A stretch of 64,000 nucleotides of DNA from Actinomycetota bacterium (GTDB taxonomy: Bacteria > Actinomycetota > Actinomycetes > Mycobacteriales > Pseudonocardiaceae). The notes beneath the pieces are model-generated. The model saw only the letters and a program-made list of their open reading frames with translations, was not told where the DNA came from and did not search any database. The stretch lies in contig JAVXWP010000059.1 of the NCBI GenBank assembly GCA_032230695.1, positions 36,080-100,079 of the forward strand, written 5' to 3'. Position numbers and translations under genes: made by a program. Below are positions 33,912 through 43,609 of this stretch, in pieces. How positions within the stretch are numbered: position 1 is the stretch's first letter; each line of letters starts with the position of its first letter.

Positions 33912-36671
33912 ATGGAGCGGAACGACGACGGCCTCTACAGCCTTGCAGTGGGCACAAGGCTCAGCCGTGAGCATATCGTCGAGCTCACGTTGTCGAGCGA
34001 ATCCACGGTGATGTGGCGATACGACTTCACTAATGGCGCAATCAGGTGGCTGCCCGGGATCGGCGATTTGCTGGGCTTGCCAGGCGGCCTCGAAGATGAA
34101 GTGAGCACCAAACTGCGCACGGCCCTCGAGCCCCTTACCACCTCCGCGCGAACGAGCGGCGTATGGCAGAAATTCGAACTCGAGCAGCAGTTCACCGAGC
34201 CGGTGGGACGGACGAGGTGGACCCAGTTCCGTGCCCGCACGTTCGACGGCGAATCGGGTAACGGCCTGATCGGTGTCGCGACTGACATCACCGAACGGCA
34301 TGAAAACCATCAAGCCCTGACCGACCTTGCGGAACGTTACCGCCTTCTTGTCGACTACAGCCCTGACGCCATCGTGGTCCATGCCTCCGGCGTCGTCACG
34401 TACGCGAATCCCACGGCGGTCGCCTTTGTCGGCGAGCGGTCCAGCACCGACATCGTGGGCCGTCCGATCACCGACTTCGTGCACCCGGACTCCATCCCTG
34501 AGATGCGGCATCGCATCAGGTCGCTGGGCGCTCAAGGCGCGGCTTCCGAAGCCGCGGAAGCGATCTTGAAGCGCCGGGACGGAAGCACCATGGTGGTCGA
34601 GTCGGTCTCGGTGCGGACGACATGGAACGGAAGTCCGGCTTTTCAGGTCATCATGCGCGACGTCACGGCGAAGAAGGCCATCGAAGCCGCCTTGCGCTAC
34701 CAGGCAGCGCTTGTCGAGCATGTCAGCGACGCGATCGTCGCGACCACGGACACCGGAGTGGTCGTCACCTGGAATCCGGCGGCGGAAATCGTCTACGGAC
34801 ACCCCGCGCTCGCCGCCATAGGAAGGCCCGTGAGCGAAGTCGTCGGTGCGACACTCGATCCCAAGGCGATCCAGAAGGCAGGCGGCGTCGTCCAGGACAT
34901 CCACCAGCGTTCCGACGGGTCCGCGCTGGCAGTGCGGGTGTCGGTCGCCGAGATGGGAACCGGGTACGTACTCGTCTGCGCGGACGAAACCGCGCAACGC
35001 CGGGCGGAACTGCATTTCGCCACCGTGGTGACCTCACTCGAGGAGGGTGTCATCGTCCTCGGGCGAGGAGGACTGATCGAGTCGGCCAACCCCGCGGCCA
35101 GGCGCATTCTGGACATCACGGCGGAACTAACGGGCTCATCCTTGTCACGGTTGCATTTCACCGGCGAGAAGGACGCACAAGAACCACAACCCGATGATCC
35201 ATCGGCCGAGACGCGAATGACCGGAATCCCCCAGAACGGACAAGTGCTGCGCGCGCACCGCCCAGGAGGAAACGAGGTCTGGTTGTCCCTGAGTTGCCGT
35301 TCACTCGACAGCGCAGCCGCAGCGCCCCATCCGGTCGTGGTGTCCTTCACAGATATCACGGAGCGAAGGAGCGCCGCGAATCGCCTGATCTACGCGGCCA
35401 CACACGACGGGTTGACCGGACTCGCGAGCCGAACGCTGATCGTGGACCGCCTGACCTCTGCCGTCGAGTCGGACCACCGAGCCGGAATGACTTCGGTGTT
35501 GTTCATCGACCTCGACAAGTTCAAGGTGATCAACGATTCACTAGGACATGCAATCGGCGACAGCGTGCTGCGCGTCGTGGGCGAACGGCTGCGGCACGGG
35601 GTACGCCGGAGCGACGTCGTCGGCCGGCTCGGCGGCGATGAATTCGCTGTGGTGTCGCTCGACGCCACCGATTCCTGCAGCGTTCGTTCCCTTGCCGAAC
35701 ACATCCAGGCATTGCTGTCCCAGCCGATCTTCGTCGAGGGCAAACATCTCCGCGTCAGCGTCAGCATCGGCATAGTCATGGCGGCCTCCGGCGATCCGCG
35801 GAGCGCCGAAGACCTGCTACGAGACGCGGACGTCGCCATGTACCAGGCCAAGACACGCGGGCCCGGGCGCTACGAACTCTTCGATGTGGCCTTGCGCGAG
35901 CGCGCTCAGCGTCGGCTGCAGCTGGAACAAGACCTCCGGAGCGGCCTCCCGTCCGGGGAACTTTCGATGGTCTACCAGCCGATCATCGACATATCGAGCG
36001 GCCACATGTCCGGGGTCGAGGCTCTCATTCGCTGGACCCATCCTCGCTTCGGAGCCATCTCCCCCGACGAGTTCATCCCGATCGCCGAAGAAAGCGAGCT
36101 TATCGATCTCATCGGCGCGTTCACAATGGAAACAACCACCCGTGAAATGGCCAAGCGTCGTACGGAACAGGGTCTCGACATCGAGCTCGCCGTGAATTTG
36201 TCTGCGCGGCAATTGGATGATCCCGAGCTGGTGACCGCAGTGGGGAATGCCCTTCGCACTACAGGGCTGCAGCCTGGCAAGCTGTGCCTGGAAGTCACCG
36301 AGACCGCACTGATGCGCGACCCCACCGCCGCTGCCGCAAAACTCAACGCGTTGCGCGAGGTCGGAATACGGTTGGCCATCGACGACTTCGGGACCGGCTA
36401 CTCCTCCCTCGCGAAACTTTTACAGCTTCCACTCGATATCCTGAAGATCGATCAGTCCTTCGTGTCGGCGCTGGACAATTCCAAAGACGGCGAGATAATA
36501 GTCACCAGCATTATTGCTATGGCGCACGCCGTGGGCCTGATCGTTATCGCCGAAGGAGTGGAGAACTCGAGCCAGCTCGCAGTTCTTCGCCGTCTGAAAT
36601 GTGACCAGGCGCAGGGGTTCTATTTCAGCAGACCGATCGCTCCCGAGGCTCTTTTCCGCCTCGTACTGTAG
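33912..36671 (+). CDS. multi-PAS GGDEF-EAL c-di-GMP turnover protein (919 aa)
   Basis: ATG 33912; at least three PAS repeats (YANPTA, WNPAAE, ANPAA); HDGLTGL, DLDKFK, RLGGDEF; EALIRW, LEVTE, DDFGTGYSSL, AEGVE all intact. Confidence 0.95.
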   Translation: MERNDDGLYSLAVGTRLSREHIVELTLSSESTVMWRYDFTNGAIRWLPGIGDLLGLPGGLEDEVSTKLRTALEPLTTSARTSGVWQKFELEQQFTEPVGRTRWTQFRARTFDGESGNGLIGVATDITERHENHQALTDLAERYRLLVDYSPDAIVVHASGVVTYANPTAVAFVGERSSTDIVGRPITDFVHPDSIPEMRHRIRSLGAQGAASEAAEAILKRRDGSTMVVESVSVRTTWNGSPAFQVIMRDVTAKKAIEAALRYQAALVEHVSDAIVATTDTGVVVTWNPAAEIVYGHPALAAIGRPVSEVVGATLDPKAIQKAGGVVQDIHQRSDGSALAVRVSVAEMGTGYVLVCADETAQRRAELHFATVVTSLEEGVIVLGRGGLIESANPAARRILDITAELTGSSLSRLHFTGEKDAQEPQPDDPSAETRMTGIPQNGQVLRAHRPGGNEVWLSLSCRSLDSAAAAPHPVVVSFTDITERRSAANRLIYAATHDGLTGLASRTLIVDRLTSAVESDHRAGMTSVLFIDLDKFKVINDSLGHAIGDSVLRVVGERLRHGVRRSDVVGRLGGDEFAVVSLDATDSCSVRSLAEHIQALLSQPIFVEGKHLRVSVSIGIVMAASGDPRSAEDLLRDADVAMYQAKTRGPGRYELFDVALRERAQRRLQLEQDLRSGLPSGELSMVYQPIIDISSGHMSGVEALIRWTHPRFGAISPDEFIPIAEESELIDLIGAFTMETTTREMAKRRTEQGLDIELAVNLSARQLDDPELVTAVGNALRTTGLQPGKLCLEVTETALMRDPTAAAAKLNALREVGIRLAIDDFGTGYSSLAKLLQLPLDILKIDQSFVSALDNSKDGEIIVTSIIAMAHAVGLIVIAEGVENSSQLAVLRRLKCDQAQGFYFSRPIAPEALFRLVL

Positions 36672-36682
36672 GCGAGCATTTG

Positions 36683-36718
36683 TGGGCGGCAGCCGCACAC
36701 ATGTGCCGCTACCGCCCA
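36683..36718. terminator. bidirectional terminator-like hairpin between convergent genes
   Basis: TGGGCGG/CCGCCCA outer stem, with AGC/GCT and GCAC/GTGC inner stems. Confidence 0.55.
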
Positions 36719-36754
36719 TTAGTGCCTCGGGCCGGAAACAGCCCGATCCCGGTT

Positions 36755-37522
36755 TCAGCCCACGTGGTAAATATTTCGCAGGCCAGCCAGGTCACCTGCC
36801 GCGAGAAAACGTTTGGAGATGTCGCAAGGCGAGGTACTCGGGCTCATCGTCTGTGCGGCGTGCGCGCCCTGGGCGACGTGCTCCAGGCCGGCAGTGTGAC
36901 CACGTTCGTGGGTCATGACGGAGCCGAGGTCGTAGGCCCCGACACAGTTGGCTTGTTTGGTGGTGAACCACTGATGCGCCTTGTTGTCGATCAGCACATC
37001 CGCACTGAGCACCACGCCCGTCGACACCCTGTAATACGCGCAGGTATAGGCGAGATAGGAAGAGGGCAGAGTTCCCCAGCTAACGACGCTGCGACCGTCG
37101 TTCCCGTTGCAGACGCTGTACGGCGAAACCTGCGCGACTCGGCCGGTTGTCCCCCCGTACTGCTGTGTGGTCGGCAGATTGGGCGCGCTCACACAACGGT
37201 TTTGCCCCGCTGCGACAACCTGCGATGACGCCGTGATCGTGCTCAGCGCGGTGGACGCGACCGAAGCCGGGGCGTTGGCAGGGTTGTAGTACCAGAGAAA
37301 GTTGGTGGCCAAGTGCCATGGCTTCAGCGCATACGAGAAGTCGCCGCACGCCGGGTCCACCGCCGCGGCCGCTGGGGCGGACGCACTGCCGGCTCCGGCA
37401 ACAATGCCTTCGGCCACCACACCGATATCGTTTTGGTCGGGACCTGCCCTGATCGGGCTAATAGCCATCACAATGGCGGCAGTGGAGATAACGCTGAGCC
37501 ACCTTTGAAAAATTCGACTCAT
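36755..37522 (-). CDS. secreted matrixin-like (metzincin) zinc metalloprotease
   Basis: ATG 37522 after GAAAGG; signal peptide; HERGHTAGLEH (HExxHxxGxxH) and Met-turn QTMSP. Confidence 0.85.
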   Translation of the reverse strand: MSRIFQRWLSVISTAAIVMAISPIRAGPDQNDIGVVAEGIVAGAGSASAPAAAAVDPACGDFSYALKPWHLATNFLWYYNPANAPASVASTALSTITASSQVVAAGQNRCVSAPNLPTTQQYGGTTGRVAQVSPYSVCNGNDGRSVVSWGTLPSSYLAYTCAYYRVSTGVVLSADVLIDNKAHQWFTTKQANCVGAYDLGSVMTHERGHTAGLEHVAQGAHAAQTMSPSTSPCDISKRFLAAGDLAGLRNIYHVG

Positions 37523-37772
37523 GGACAGCACCTTTCGCTGATAGTGAGGTGATCAGCGTCAGGTTTGCTGGTCGGCGGAGCGTTGCAGGCGCATACCAGG
37601 TGTGGTTCAGGAGCGTTCCGCGGATCGGTCACCCCCAGGGAACGACGCGTTCAGGTGAATGTGGTCAATCGCGGCTGAGGCGCCTGGAGCAAGACGATCA
37701 GTCCGACGTACCGTGAAGGGTCCACGTAAATGGCCATCTGGTCGCATTTGCCACGAACCGAAAGGAGTTGAG

Positions 37773-39599
37773 TTGCCCAATCCGCCGGCAAGTCCGCCCG
37801 ACCAAACCACGGAGGGAGCTGGACAACTCGCCGATCTTACCGTCGGCGCCGTCGAGCTGCTGTTCACCGGGACGGCGACGCATGAATCCGTTGATCGGTT
37901 CGCCAGGCAACTTCGAGCAACGGGCGGTATCCGTTCGGTTTTCCCCGTCGACCGCAGGAAACTCGACCGAAGACCAGGTGATCGCCGAACGCGCACCAAC
38001 ATCAGGATTCCGCTCCGATCCGAAGTTTCTCCACGTGGTCAGGCCCCGTTCCAGGAAGGCGCTGATTCCCTCATCGTCGAACTCGCGGAGCCAGGCGACT
38101 CTCGATGGTACGGCTCGGATCAGCGCCGACGCCTGGAATCGACCCTCGCACTGATCACGACCGCAGTCTCGAACTACTCACCGGTCGAACCCACATCGTC
38201 CTCGTCGCAGTTCGACGACGGGCGATCCGGCGTCGTCAGCTTTGACTGCCACGGGCGATCACTGATTTCCGGCCGGCTGGCTTCGATTCTCGGCTACCCG
38301 ATGGGCGGGGCGGTCAAGACGAGAGCACTTTCGCTGGTCGATCCCCGAGATCGAGGGGATGCGGTCCGGGGTTTCGCAGCCGCGCGCGACACATCTTCGG
38401 CCACGCGACCGCAGGACCTCCGCGTCCAAGGCGAGAACGGCACTTGGAAGGTGCTGGAAACGGTTTTCCTCCCAGTGTCGTCCGAACCCGATCCGCACGT
38501 CGTCGCCTACGCAATGGACGTAACAGAGAACAGGGCCGAAAGAGCGCGACTGTACGCGACGGTGATGACGTCAGGATGCATGGCGATGGTGACCGATGAG
38601 CGGGGGGAGCTCAGCCTGAGCAACGACACATTCATTCAGATGTTCCCCGGCCCCGGTACGCCTCGAATCGGCACTGCGCGTGACGCCGCTTTGCACGCGA
38701 TCTCCGATAGATGTCTCGACGAAGCGGGCGCGTACCGGCATCTGACCGACCTGGTGTCCCAGCCGGGCCTCCACGCGGAACGCTTCGAGCTGGCCGATGG
38801 GCGGATCGTCTCCCTGGATCTGATACCGCTGAAGGACGACCGACGTACGCTCGGCACCGCGTGGCATTTTCACGACGTTACGCCGGCCGAACCGACTACC
38901 ACGACCGAGATGCAGGCAGAATTCCTGTCCACATTGTCACACGAGCTCCGCACGCCGTTGACCGCGCTTCTCAGTTTCGTGGATCTCCTATCCGACCGGC
39001 GGCTGGGATCCTTGAACCGAGACCAACGGTCGGCGACCGACGTCATCTCCCGCAATACGAAGCATTTGCTAAGGCTTGTCGACGACCTGCTCCTGTTGAC
39101 GATGCTGGAAAGCAGGCAGGTGCCGATGAGGGCAACCGAGGTCGACGTGGGCCGGCTGGTGCGCGCTGCGGTCGCGGACCGCGAGCTCGACGCTCGCGCA
39201 GGCGGAATCACGATCACCGCGGAGATAGGGAAAGGGCCGCCCTTGCGCGGCGATGCGGAACGTCTGCATCAGGTCGTGTCGAACATACTTGGCAACGCCG
39301 TGAAGTTCACCCATGCCCAAGGCAAGATCAATGTCACCGCTGAATTCGACCATCACCATTGGACGATCAATGTCCATGACACCGGGATCGGTATTCCCGC
39401 TGAGGATTTGGGACGTATCACCAAGAGTTTCAGTCGAGGTGCCAACGCGCGACACGACGGCATCGCGGGCAGCGGCCTCGGCCTTGCGGTGACACGGCAT
39501 ATCGTGGAACTGCATCACGGTAGTCTCGACATTGACAGCATCCTCGATGTGGGCACCACGGTGCGAGTCTCGCTGCCCGTGGATTCGACGAGCTCATGA
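37773..39599 (+). CDS. PAS-containing sensor histidine kinase
   Basis: Probable TTG start after AAGGAG; H-box FLSTLSHELRTPL, N-box SNILGNAVKF, DTGIGI, GSGLGL. Confidence 0.9.
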   Translation: MPNPPASPPDQTTEGAGQLADLTVGAVELLFTGTATHESVDRFARQLRATGGIRSVFPVDRRKLDRRPGDRRTRTNIRIPLRSEVSPRGQAPFQEGADSLIVELAEPGDSRWYGSDQRRRLESTLALITTAVSNYSPVEPTSSSSQFDDGRSGVVSFDCHGRSLISGRLASILGYPMGGAVKTRALSLVDPRDRGDAVRGFAAARDTSSATRPQDLRVQGENGTWKVLETVFLPVSSEPDPHVVAYAMDVTENRAERARLYATVMTSGCMAMVTDERGELSLSNDTFIQMFPGPGTPRIGTARDAALHAISDRCLDEAGAYRHLTDLVSQPGLHAERFELADGRIVSLDLIPLKDDRRTLGTAWHFHDVTPAEPTTTTEMQAEFLSTLSHELRTPLTALLSFVDLLSDRRLGSLNRDQRSATDVISRNTKHLLRLVDDLLLLTMLESRQVPMRATEVDVGRLVRAAVADRELDARAGGITITAEIGKGPPLRGDAERLHQVVSNILGNAVKFTHAQGKINVTAEFDHHHWTINVHDTGIGIPAEDLGRITKSFSRGANARHDGIAGSGLGLAVTRHIVELHHGSLDIDSILDVGTTVRVSLPVDSTSS

Positions 39600-40330
39600 C
39601 GAGAATACTCGCGGTGGAGGACGACCGGGATATCGCTCTGGCACTGCGACTTGTATTCGAACGAGCAGGATACGACTTCGTTTCCGCACCGGACGGACGA
39701 TCCGGCCTCCGGCTGTTGCACGACAGGCGACCGGACCTCGTGATACTCGACATCGGCTTGCCGGGGATGGACGGCTGGGCAGTCCTGGAACGAATCCGGG
39801 ACCTAGCCGATGTCCCGGTGGTCGTGTTGAGCGCGCATAGCCTTGAAACCGACAAGGTCCGAGCTCTTCGCGGCGGCGCGGACGATTACGTGACCAAGCC
39901 GTTCGCCAATGACGAACTGCTCGCCAGGGCGGAGGCCCTGCTGCGGCGGTCGGACAACTCCCGCACATCCGGCGACGGCTGGGGAAGCGTCTACCGCGAC
40001 AGCGCGGTGCAGATCAATCCGAAGACCCGATCGGTCCACGTCACCTGCGGGACTGTCGACCGGGAGGTCTGTCCGACCAACACAGAATTCCGGTTGCTCA
40101 ATGTGCTCGTTCGGCATGCGGGCGCAGTCCTCACGGCGAGGCAACTGCTTGCCCTGGTGTGGGATGACCCGTCCGGCATGGGCCCGGAGAGGGTGAAATT
40201 CGCGGTACTCAGATTGCGCCGCAAGCTCGGCTGGGACACTGAGCACTCCCCCATTCGCGCAGTCCGCGGAGTCGGCTACCGGTACGTCCTCCCCGGTGGG
40301 GATCACCCGTCCGACGAAGTCCGCGACTGA
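39596..40330 (+). CDS. OmpR-family response regulator
   Basis: ILAVEDD, VILDIGLPG, DDYVTKPF, winged helix RLRRKL...AVRGVGYR; ATGA-coupled to the kinase. Confidence 0.93.
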   Translation: MTRILAVEDDRDIALALRLVFERAGYDFVSAPDGRSGLRLLHDRRPDLVILDIGLPGMDGWAVLERIRDLADVPVVVLSAHSLETDKVRALRGGADDYVTKPFANDELLARAEALLRRSDNSRTSGDGWGSVYRDSAVQINPKTRSVHVTCGTVDREVCPTNTEFRLLNVLVRHAGAVLTARQLLALVWDDPSGMGPERVKFAVLRLRRKLGWDTEHSPIRAVRGVGYRYVLPGGDHPSDEVRD

Positions 40331-40562
40331 TTTCTCCGCGGCCCGGCAGGCGCGCCCGGTGCAAGACGGGTGCCGGACGGTTGCAATTGAACCGGAATCA
40401 AGGATTTCTGTTACCGGTTGGCCACCGACAGCGATGGTAACCAGTAGACGCTCGTTGACCTCTGCTGAGGAAGTCACTGCGTACCGGCAGTGGCGACCGG
40501 GCACCGGCCGCTTCGCCCGGGACGAATTCACGGAAGGAGCGGCGTCTTGAACGCCGATCACC

Positions 40563-40826
40563 ATGCATGTATTGACCATAGTACTCGCGGGGATTTCGAT
40601 GGCAGGTTTTCTCGTCTGGTGTATCCACCATGCCAATAGGAAAGTCATGCAAATCATCCATGAGGAAGTGGACGCCCCCCGCTTGACAGCGGAGATCAGG
40701 CTACCGGAACCGCGCCCGGCCATGTCGACACCAGTCGTTGGCGGCGAATCGGGGAACAGCCGCCCGCCCTCGACGGACGAACACGACGATGCCAGGAAAG
40801 CCAGCCTGGGCAACAGAGCACAGTAA
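40563..40826 (+). CDS. small single-pass membrane protein (87 aa), hypothetical
   Basis: N-terminal TM VLTIVLAGISMAGFLVWCI, Pro/acidic tail; directly upstream of the DosS-like kinase. Confidence 0.5.
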   Translation: MHVLTIVLAGISMAGFLVWCIHHANRKVMQIIHEEVDAPRLTAEIRLPEPRPAMSTPVVGGESGNSRPPSTDEHDDARKASLGNRAQ

Positions 40827-40874
40827 ACACAAGCCACGCACTCACCAGCAGGGAGATCGCTGATCGAATCCTGG

Positions 40875-42509
40875 ATGCGAAAACTACTGGACGCCACGTC
40901 CTGCGTCCCGGCCGACTCGACGCTGCCCGATGTACTCCGGCGGATCGTAGCGTCGGCGTGCGAACTGACCGACGCCCGCCACGGAGCCATCGGCGTTCTC
41001 GACCCCGAGGGCGAATTATCGGACTTTGTCACCGTGGGTGCTGACCGGGAAGTGATCGGCAAGCTCCCCGCCGGTCATGGCATTCTCGGCCTGCTCATCC
41101 ACGATCCGAGACCGTTGCGCCTTGCCGACCTGCGGAGCCACCCCGACTCGTGCGGTTTTCCGCCGGGGCATCCGCCGATGCGCTCGTTTCTCGGCGTGCC
41201 GATCCGCACCCGCAAGTCGGTCCTCGGCAGCCTCTATGTAGCCGAGAAACGTCATGGCGCCGAATTCACCCTGCACGACGAAGAACTGCTCGCCGCGTTA
41301 GCCGCCGCGGCATGTGCGGCGATCGGAAACGCAATTCTGTTCAAGGAGATGCGCCTGCGTGAAGATTGGCTGGCGGCTTCCCATCAGGTGACCAGCGCAT
41401 TGCTCGACGGCGGCGCGCCCAACGCCACGTTTCGCCTGATCGCCGAACGCGCACGGGTGGTCGCCGGGGCTTCGCTCGCGGCCATCGCCCGGCCCATGGC
41501 CAGTCACCGCTCGACCCTCATGTTCGAAGTCGTCGACGCCGCGGATCCCCGCGAACACGACCGGATGGCCGGGATGACCGTCCCCGCCGACGGGACCGCG
41601 ACTGGACTCGCCTTCACCGGTGGACGTCCGGTGGCGATTCGTCACTACGGCGACGAAGTCGTGGCCCAGCAAGCCGGTTCCTCACTCCGGCTCCCTGCGA
41701 TGGTGAAAGACCTGGACTCCGCGGTAGCAGTCCCCCTCATCGTCGACACCGTCACGCTCGGTGTCCTCGTGGTGGCCAGGTTCAGGAAAGTCGACCCGTT
41801 CACCGATTCCGAGGTGCGGCTCATCCAGACCTTCGCGGGGCACGCGGCTCTTGCGTTGGAGTTCGCACGCCTCGACGAGGATCGCCAACGGCTCGCGGTC
41901 TTCGAGGACCGTGACAGGATCGCCCGTGACCTGCACGACCTGGTTATTCAGCGACTCTTCGCGACAGGCCTGGGCTTGGAGGGGCTCAGCAGGCTGATCG
42001 CGAAGGCGGAGATCGCGGACCGGGTCATCGGTTTCGTCCGTGACATCGACCGGGCGATTCACGACGTGCGCAACAGCATCTTTTCCTTGCAGGAACCGGC
42101 CGAGTCTCATGGCAGCCTCCGGTCCGAACTCCTGCGGCTGGCGATCGAATCCTCAGACGCACTGGGTTTCGAACCTCGGATCGGTTTCGAAGGCCCGCTG
42201 GACACCCTGGTGCCTGACAGTGTCCGTGCCGACCTGATCGCCACCGTGCGCGAAGCCTTGTCCAACGTGTCCCGGCATTCCGCAGCGACGACGGTCTCCG
42301 TCGAGGCCGTCGTCGATCCGCGCGGGCGTCAGCTGACCCTGACTGTCACCGACGACGGCGTCGGCATTTCCGACCAACCCGCACGGCGCAGCGGGCTTGC
42401 CAATCTCAGCGAGCGCGCCGACCGCTGGAGTGGAACGTTTTCCGTGCGACCGGGCGGAAAACTCGGGACGATACTGACTTGGTCGATTTCCTTGCCGGCG
42501 AGAAGATGA
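40875..42509 (+). CDS. GAF-GAF HisKA_3 sensor kinase, DosS/DevS-like
   Basis: GFPPGHPPMRSFLGVPI (heme-His region retained), RIARDLHDLVIQRLFA, EALSNV, DDGVG. Confidence 0.92.
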   Translation: MRKLLDATSCVPADSTLPDVLRRIVASACELTDARHGAIGVLDPEGELSDFVTVGADREVIGKLPAGHGILGLLIHDPRPLRLADLRSHPDSCGFPPGHPPMRSFLGVPIRTRKSVLGSLYVAEKRHGAEFTLHDEELLAALAAAACAAIGNAILFKEMRLREDWLAASHQVTSALLDGGAPNATFRLIAERARVVAGASLAAIARPMASHRSTLMFEVVDAADPREHDRMAGMTVPADGTATGLAFTGGRPVAIRHYGDEVVAQQAGSSLRLPAMVKDLDSAVAVPLIVDTVTLGVLVVARFRKVDPFTDSEVRLIQTFAGHAALALEFARLDEDRQRLAVFEDRDRIARDLHDLVIQRLFATGLGLEGLSRLIAKAEIADRVIGFVRDIDRAIHDVRNSIFSLQEPAESHGSLRSELLRLAIESSDALGFEPRIGFEGPLDTLVPDSVRADLIATVREALSNVSRHSAATTVSVEAVVDPRGRQLTLTVTDDGVGISDQPARRSGLANLSERADRWSGTFSVRPGGKLGTILTWSISLPARR

Positions 42510-42518
42510 GAGTGAAAC

Positions 42519-43163
42519 GTGACGATTTCCGTGTTCCTGCTGGATGACCACGAGATCGTCCGCGCCGGGCTGCGGACTCTGCTGGAAGCCGAGGGCGACA
42601 TCCGGGTGACCGGTGAGGCCGGATCGGTCACCGAAGCGCTGACCTGCCTTCCCGTGGTGCGACCGGATGTCGCGATCCTCGACATCCGGCTCCCCGACGG
42701 TGAAGGCGTCACAGTGTGCCGTGATATCCGCTCCTCCATGGTTCCTCCACCCGCCTGCCTGATGCTCACGTCCTTTGCAGATGACGACGCCTTGTTCGGG
42801 GCGATCATGGCCGGTGCGGCCGGGTACGTGCTCAAGCAGGTTTCCGGCTCCAGCATCGTTTCCGCGGTGCGCACGGTTGCCGCCGGCGGGTCGCTACTGG
42901 ACTCCAGCTTGATAACTTCCGTTCTCCGCAGGCTCAGAGGCGAAAGCGGTGGCGGAGACACTGGCTATTCCCGGCTGAGTCCCCAAGAACGCCGAGTGCT
43001 CGACCAAGTCGCCTGCGGTCGCACCAACCGGCAGATCGCATCCCGGCTCCACCTGTCCGAGAAGACGGTCAAGAACTACGTGTCATCCTTACTCCACAAG
43101 CTCGGATTCGAGCGTCGCACCGAAGCCGCGGTGTATGCGGCGAAACGTAGGGCCGACAACTGA
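42519..43163 (+). CDS. LuxR-family response regulator, DosR/DevR-like
   Basis: VFLLDDHEIVR, ILDIRLPDG, MLTSF, GYVLKQ, TNRQIA...EKTVKNYVSSLLHKLG. Confidence 0.93.
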   Translation: MTISVFLLDDHEIVRAGLRTLLEAEGDIRVTGEAGSVTEALTCLPVVRPDVAILDIRLPDGEGVTVCRDIRSSMVPPPACLMLTSFADDDALFGAIMAGAAGYVLKQVSGSSIVSAVRTVAAGGSLLDSSLITSVLRRLRGESGGGDTGYSRLSPQERRVLDQVACGRTNRQIASRLHLSEKTVKNYVSSLLHKLGFERRTEAAVYAAKRRADN

Positions 43164-43609
43164 CCTTGCCGGGTTCAAGTCCAGGAGCGGCATGGCGAGT
43201 CGTTCATCGATCATCCGGGACGATTTCGGAACAATTCCAGGAAAACATCACACATTGATTGCGATCACTGGCCATCGCGCCCTGGGCATGTAAAGTCAGT
43301 AACCGTCCGGCCAAGACCCTGCCGTTGGAAATGACGCATCAACTGGCCGGAGGTCGACAGTGACCCACCATGATCATTCATGGGTAGCGCACGCGAGATT
43401 GCACTCCAATGCAGTAGTGCGCTCATTGATTTTTATGCTATCATTCGCCGCGCGGGCGCGTCGCCAAACTGCGTTACCGCAGTCCGCGAGACCCTTTGCG
43501 ACGATCAGCACGCCTCCCAGGTTCGGCGCAGTACCGCAAGCCACCACCGCGGGCGGTCACCGGACGAGGCCGGGCCGCCATGCCATTATGCCGATCGAAG
43601 GATGATACC

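Noticed and set aside
43169-43192. CCGGGTTCAAGTCCAGG resembling a tRNA T-arm (possible att-site remnant)
   Set aside because: The stem has a mismatch, and there is no D or anticodon arm, no CCA, no integrase and no second copy in the window. tRNAscan or BLASTn against host tRNAs would settle it.
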